Source of the DNA: Lepidodermella squamata
Taxonomy: Eukaryota > Animalia > Gastrotricha
Direction: 5' to 3'
NCBI GenBank assembly: GCA_047495785.1
Contig: JBLDXI010000054.1
Location: 186,001-250,000, forward strand
DNA length: 64,000 nucleotides
Positions within the stretch are counted from its first letter, which is position 1. Every line of letters begins with the position of its first letter. Below, piece after piece: positions 59,945 through 64,000 of this stretch. The notes below the pieces were generated by a model that was not told the origin of the DNA, ran no database searches, and saw only the letters and a list, made by a program, of their open reading frames with translations. The translations under genes were made by a program, and so were the position numbers.

Positions 59945-62895
59945 ATGGCCGCCGCTTCGGTTCAAATCAGCCTGAACAGCGGCACTAAGAGCGGCGAGCC
60001 CAACAACCCATCAGACACCTCCCACCACGAAGTTTCTTCCAGCCAAAGCTACCCGGACTACATCGAGGGCCAAGTCGCCGCTCAGTTGGTCCGCGACGCC
60101 ATCCGCGCCTTCGACCCGGATGACTCAGACTCGAATGACGCGCCGTCCCGCTTCCAGACCTCGGACAGTGCTGATGCTTTAGCGAACCCTTTATCGCCTC
60201 CTCTGTCCAACAACGACTCGAACCACGGCCCTCTCGATAGCCCTAGAAGGCAGGAAACTGCGAATTTAGTTTCGACAGAAGACGAGCTGGACGAAGAACT
60301 AGCGGCCTTAGTCGATGAAGATGAGGTGCAGTTGCTGGAGCAAAGCCTCGATGCTTCAGGCAATGGCCGGCTGAGGGAGGATGAAGAGTTGCTGTTGGGC
60401 GAGGACCCGAATGCCGAATCTATCGATCTTCCATTACCACCAGCCTCGCTACTCACGTCTGATCCTGAGCATGACGCGAAATCGCCGGAAGTCCATCATA
60501 TTGTCTCATCAGAATCAGACCAAATTCAACCAAGCGTGACGGTCCCTAAGCTTGAACTGGAGTCAAGTTTAGACCCCGTTTCAACATCACCCGTGCTCGA
60601 AGTCGAGGAATCACCTCACATTCAGTCAAGCGTGACGCCAGTTTCGGCTGAGCCAGCCGTTCAAATCGAAGTATTCCATCAAATTATAGGCGAACCGGAC
60701 CAAATCCAGTCACCTGTGACGGAAGCTAAACCTCAAACTGAATCTGTTCAGCCAACTGTGGCGGAACCTGAACCCACCTTAACCCATCAATTTATCGGTG
60801 GGAGTGATTCCCCGAGGCTTGATTTGAAGAGCCCGGAGCCGAATTTCACTGATATCGCCGATCCGCAATTCTTGACTGATACGTCAAAATCCGAGGACGA
60901 AAGCGAGACAGTTCTAGCTGAAGATCACCCAAGCGTGATCGACGTGGTAGATTCACAACAGGTGACTCTCGATGTGAAACCCGAGCCAGTCTACGAGAAT
61001 ATACCCGAAAAAACCGATTCTCCAGTACGACCACCGAGAGGCCATCGAAGGACTCCGTCGATGCCTTTGGAAGTTCTCAAATTCGAAGTAGACCCTCGAG
61101 ACACCTTCACACCCCCTATTGCACCCAGGCGGCATAAGAAAACCGCGTCTTTGGTCCAGGCTGAAGCTAGGCTGGAATACGACCCGATTAATCCAAGAAG
61201 TCGAACTGCTGAACCGCCCGTGGCGAGTCCGGTCGATGAACCACCCCCTGTTGCCCCGGCCCGGTCGAAAAAGCCTCAGGTCGAGCAAACAGTGGTCACG
61301 CAGGAGCAACTCGTCGCTGAGTTGAAGGAGGTTCTTAAGAAAAAAGACCGTTATGTAGAAGTTGTACCTGAAAATGTTCGTGTTATTGAACAGGAGGTTG
61401 TTGTTGCTCAAGAGCCGAGTGTCATTGTCATAACGGAACAGCCTGGCGCATCGCAATCGCCGAGACGCTTGGTTGAAATTGCGTTGGTTGGCGATGCCGG
61501 GGTTCCGTCCAAGTTGGCCCTCAGCCAACACGCCAGTGGCGACTCAAAATCTGTGCCTAGTTCAGTTAATTTTAACATAACGGTCGATGGTGCTGAGGTG
61601 GCCTTGTTGGTTCACAACAACGGGGCGGTGGCAGGGGATGACGCTGCCTTACAGTCCAGGTCTGCCTTCAAACAGGTTGATGTTGTAGTAGGCTGTTTTG
61701 CCATGGATAATGCTCAATCGCTGGAGAACCTCAAGAAGCGGTGGATACCCGAGGTAAGTGCGATTTTAGTTCTTTGAGATTCATTTAATGCTTATTTGCA
61801 CATAGGTGAAGAAACTCTTAATTAGATAAAGTCTTAGTTGAGCTTTTGTTGATATTGCAATCATACATCCGGGAAGACATTTTAGTTTCCGTTATAAATT
61901 TCAGTTGAGTTTATTTGAATTTGGATTCTTATCATTTTAACAGTACTCTAATGATTCTTTTGGACTGAGGACTGAGCTTTATATTAACGAATTGACACGA
62001 ATCTCTCCTACAAATTTATCATTGACCATTTTTCATTTTGTCATTTTTTTCAATAATAATGATGAATAAATGTATAATTATGTGTAGCTTTTTTACTTTT
62101 CACACATTTAAATTTCATTCATCAAAATGCGCATTTCAATTTTCTGGTCCATAAGGCATTAGCTATTCATAAAGTTTTGCTCACGTAATAGGATGGGAGC
62201 TCACAAGGGACAAAAAGCTCCAAGCCCATTTTCCTTGAATTTTTCTGATGCTCGGTTCAAGAAACTCAATCGAGGTCGGTCATTTTTCTGAAAAATCAAT
62301 AGGGAACTTTTTATGCAAGATTGGCAACCAGCCATCCAACCTTTCTTGGTGCCACATAGTCTAATACCTATTTTTACTAAAATTCCTTAAATTCTTCGTT
62401 TTTCTACCTATCCCGTTCTTTTCTCTTCTCTGAATATAGGTTCGAGCAGCACGGCCTGGAATACCGATTATTCTTGCAGCAGAGCGCTTTCAGCCGCGTG
62501 TGGTGAGAACCGAAACCGACGACTCGTCTTCGGGCTCGTCATCAGACGAAGAATCAACCGCTTCTTCAAACCTGCACGTGCACCACCACGTAAAAGTATT
62601 AACCCAAGCCGAGTGCCAAGCCGCAGCCAAAGAACTCGGAGCAGCCGGGTTCGTAGAATACGTCAAACCGCAAAGCAATACGCCAAACAGCAAAAAGCAA
62701 GGAGATATCAAGCTAGATATCAAACAAGTTTTCGAGGCAGCTGTCCGAGCGTTTTCAGCACACGAGGCTGAAATCATCCACAACACCTCGGCGACAATAA
62801 GTGGCGATGCTACGGCTCAAAATGCCATGAAACCTGAAGTCCCAGCCGCTGCGATTCAGACGCCGGCTAAAAAGCGATGTTGCTCAGTTATGTGA
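59945..62895 (+). CDS. Atypical Rho-family-like protein with long acidic/Pro-rich N-terminus (~754 aa, 2 coding exons)
   Basis: Exons 59945-61753 and 62440-62895. IALVGD, DVVVGCF, SLENLKKRWIPEV, PIIL, AAKELGA, QVFEAAVRA, and C-terminal KKRCCSVM CAAX. Confidence 0.82.
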
Positions 62896-63555
62896 GCAGG
62901 TCAAAATGTCAAAATTATTTACATTATTCAAAATCTTAAGCTATGCCATAACAAATTATATCAAATTTTTATGAAATTAAATAGTATTTATCAAAACTGA
63001 ATGTTGTGAATATTTGTGAACTTATGGCCTTATTATATTGAATCATGACTTGAAACCAAAACCGCATTGTGCTCTTGAATCGCTGCTCTATATACATCTT
63101 GCCATTCTTTCCTGGGCATTTTCTCGTTTTTTTTCTGTAAATTTTCACATGATGCATTGTGCAAGATGATATATATCTGTATGCATGTCTACGTGTGTAA
63201 TTGGCGCAGCGTTAGCGCTTATATATTTCCGTTCAATTTCGTTCCATCTCGGCGAGGTCTCGATATTACGACAGAACAATAAAAATTTGAAGATTTCTTA
63301 ATTGTGGGTCTTCTCAAATTTCTGAAACGCAGGTGGCTTGTCACATCGATAAATCTATGGAGACATACAGAGTTGCTGAACCTACCACGTGACGGAACCC
63401 CATCACTTGAAGTCAAGTCACATTTTATTTATGTCTCAGGTTCGTGGGAAACAAGGCGAATAGCTCTGTACCGTGTCCATGTAGTTCTTATGTTATTACT
63501 GTAGCAGCGACTAGTAACGTTCTATAATCATTTTTTTGCATTTTCTACAATCATT

Positions 63556-63864
63556 ATGAGGGCCGTTATTGCTATTGCTGCTCTTATTGCAGTCGCCTTG
63601 GCTGCCCCACGGAAGAAACCAGGTAATTTAGCTCTATAAATTCACGCTGAATAATTAAATCCTGTTATAGACATCGCATGCCCAGATAGATTTACAGGAT
63701 TTTCGCTAATAAGGCTCTTTGCTGCGATGGCAACGCTAACCCGCTCAATTGGGGACGGAAATGCTGTGGCAAAGCTGCTTACAAACCTTTAATTCAGCAG
63801 TGTTGCAATTGCGCTGTTCTTCCGATTCTCACTGGCAAAAAGAATTGCTTCACAGAGGAACCAA
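63556..63864 (+). CDS. Partial galaxin-like secreted di-cysteine protein
   Basis: Signal peptide MRAVIAIAALIAVALA, then LCCDG...KCCGKAAYKPLIQQCC. Exon 2 needs a frameshift near 63700 or an unseen splice; the gene probably continues beyond the window. Confidence 0.5.
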
Positions 63865-64000
63865 GTAAGTATTGAACCATAATTGGTTGCAATGGAAGTC
63901 TGAGGCTAGTTTCTAGGTTGTGAGTTATTGAGGGTTTGAAATTAGTATATCTTAAGTTATACTACTGCATTTCCTCAATTTAAACAAATAATAGACTTCT

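Noticed and set aside
60082-61531. Antisense ORFs over the Rho-like gene (and similar ones over the channel genes)
   Set aside because: Shadow ORFs of real coding sequence.

Overview
Compact, AT-rich animal genomic DNA with many ~40-60 nt spliceosomal introns (some GC-AG) and TTAGGG repeats. The host is an invertebrate; I cannot assign a phylum from the sequence. Two lineage-specific expansions dominate the window. (1) Cys-loop pentameric ligand-gated ion channels (pLGICs). These comprise four intact and two broken intronless short-loop channels, one intron-rich divergent nAChR-like gene, and three paralogous 10-exon minus-strand genes. The 10-exon genes have an unusual architecture: signal peptide, two tandem ~250-280 aa beta-rich domains of unknown family, a Ser/Thr stalk, then a complete pLGIC (~985 aa for the intact copy). 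(2) Five genes made of 4-8 tandem divergent homeodomains, interleaved with the channel genes. Also present: a chymotrypsin-type protease, an intronless GABA-B-type class C GPCR, a Cys-rich membrane/secreted protein, tRNA-Glu(TTC), an apparently intact 5.6 kb Ginger-like DNA transposon carrying an extra ORF, a TIR element with outward-facing tRNA-like heads that interrupts a channel exon, several MITE-like palindromes, an atypical Rho-like pseudoGTPase, and the start of a galaxin-like gene. The best candidate for a new system is the double-domain pLGIC fusion family within a putative chemosensory receptor cluster. Exon models were built by hand and need RNA confirmation.
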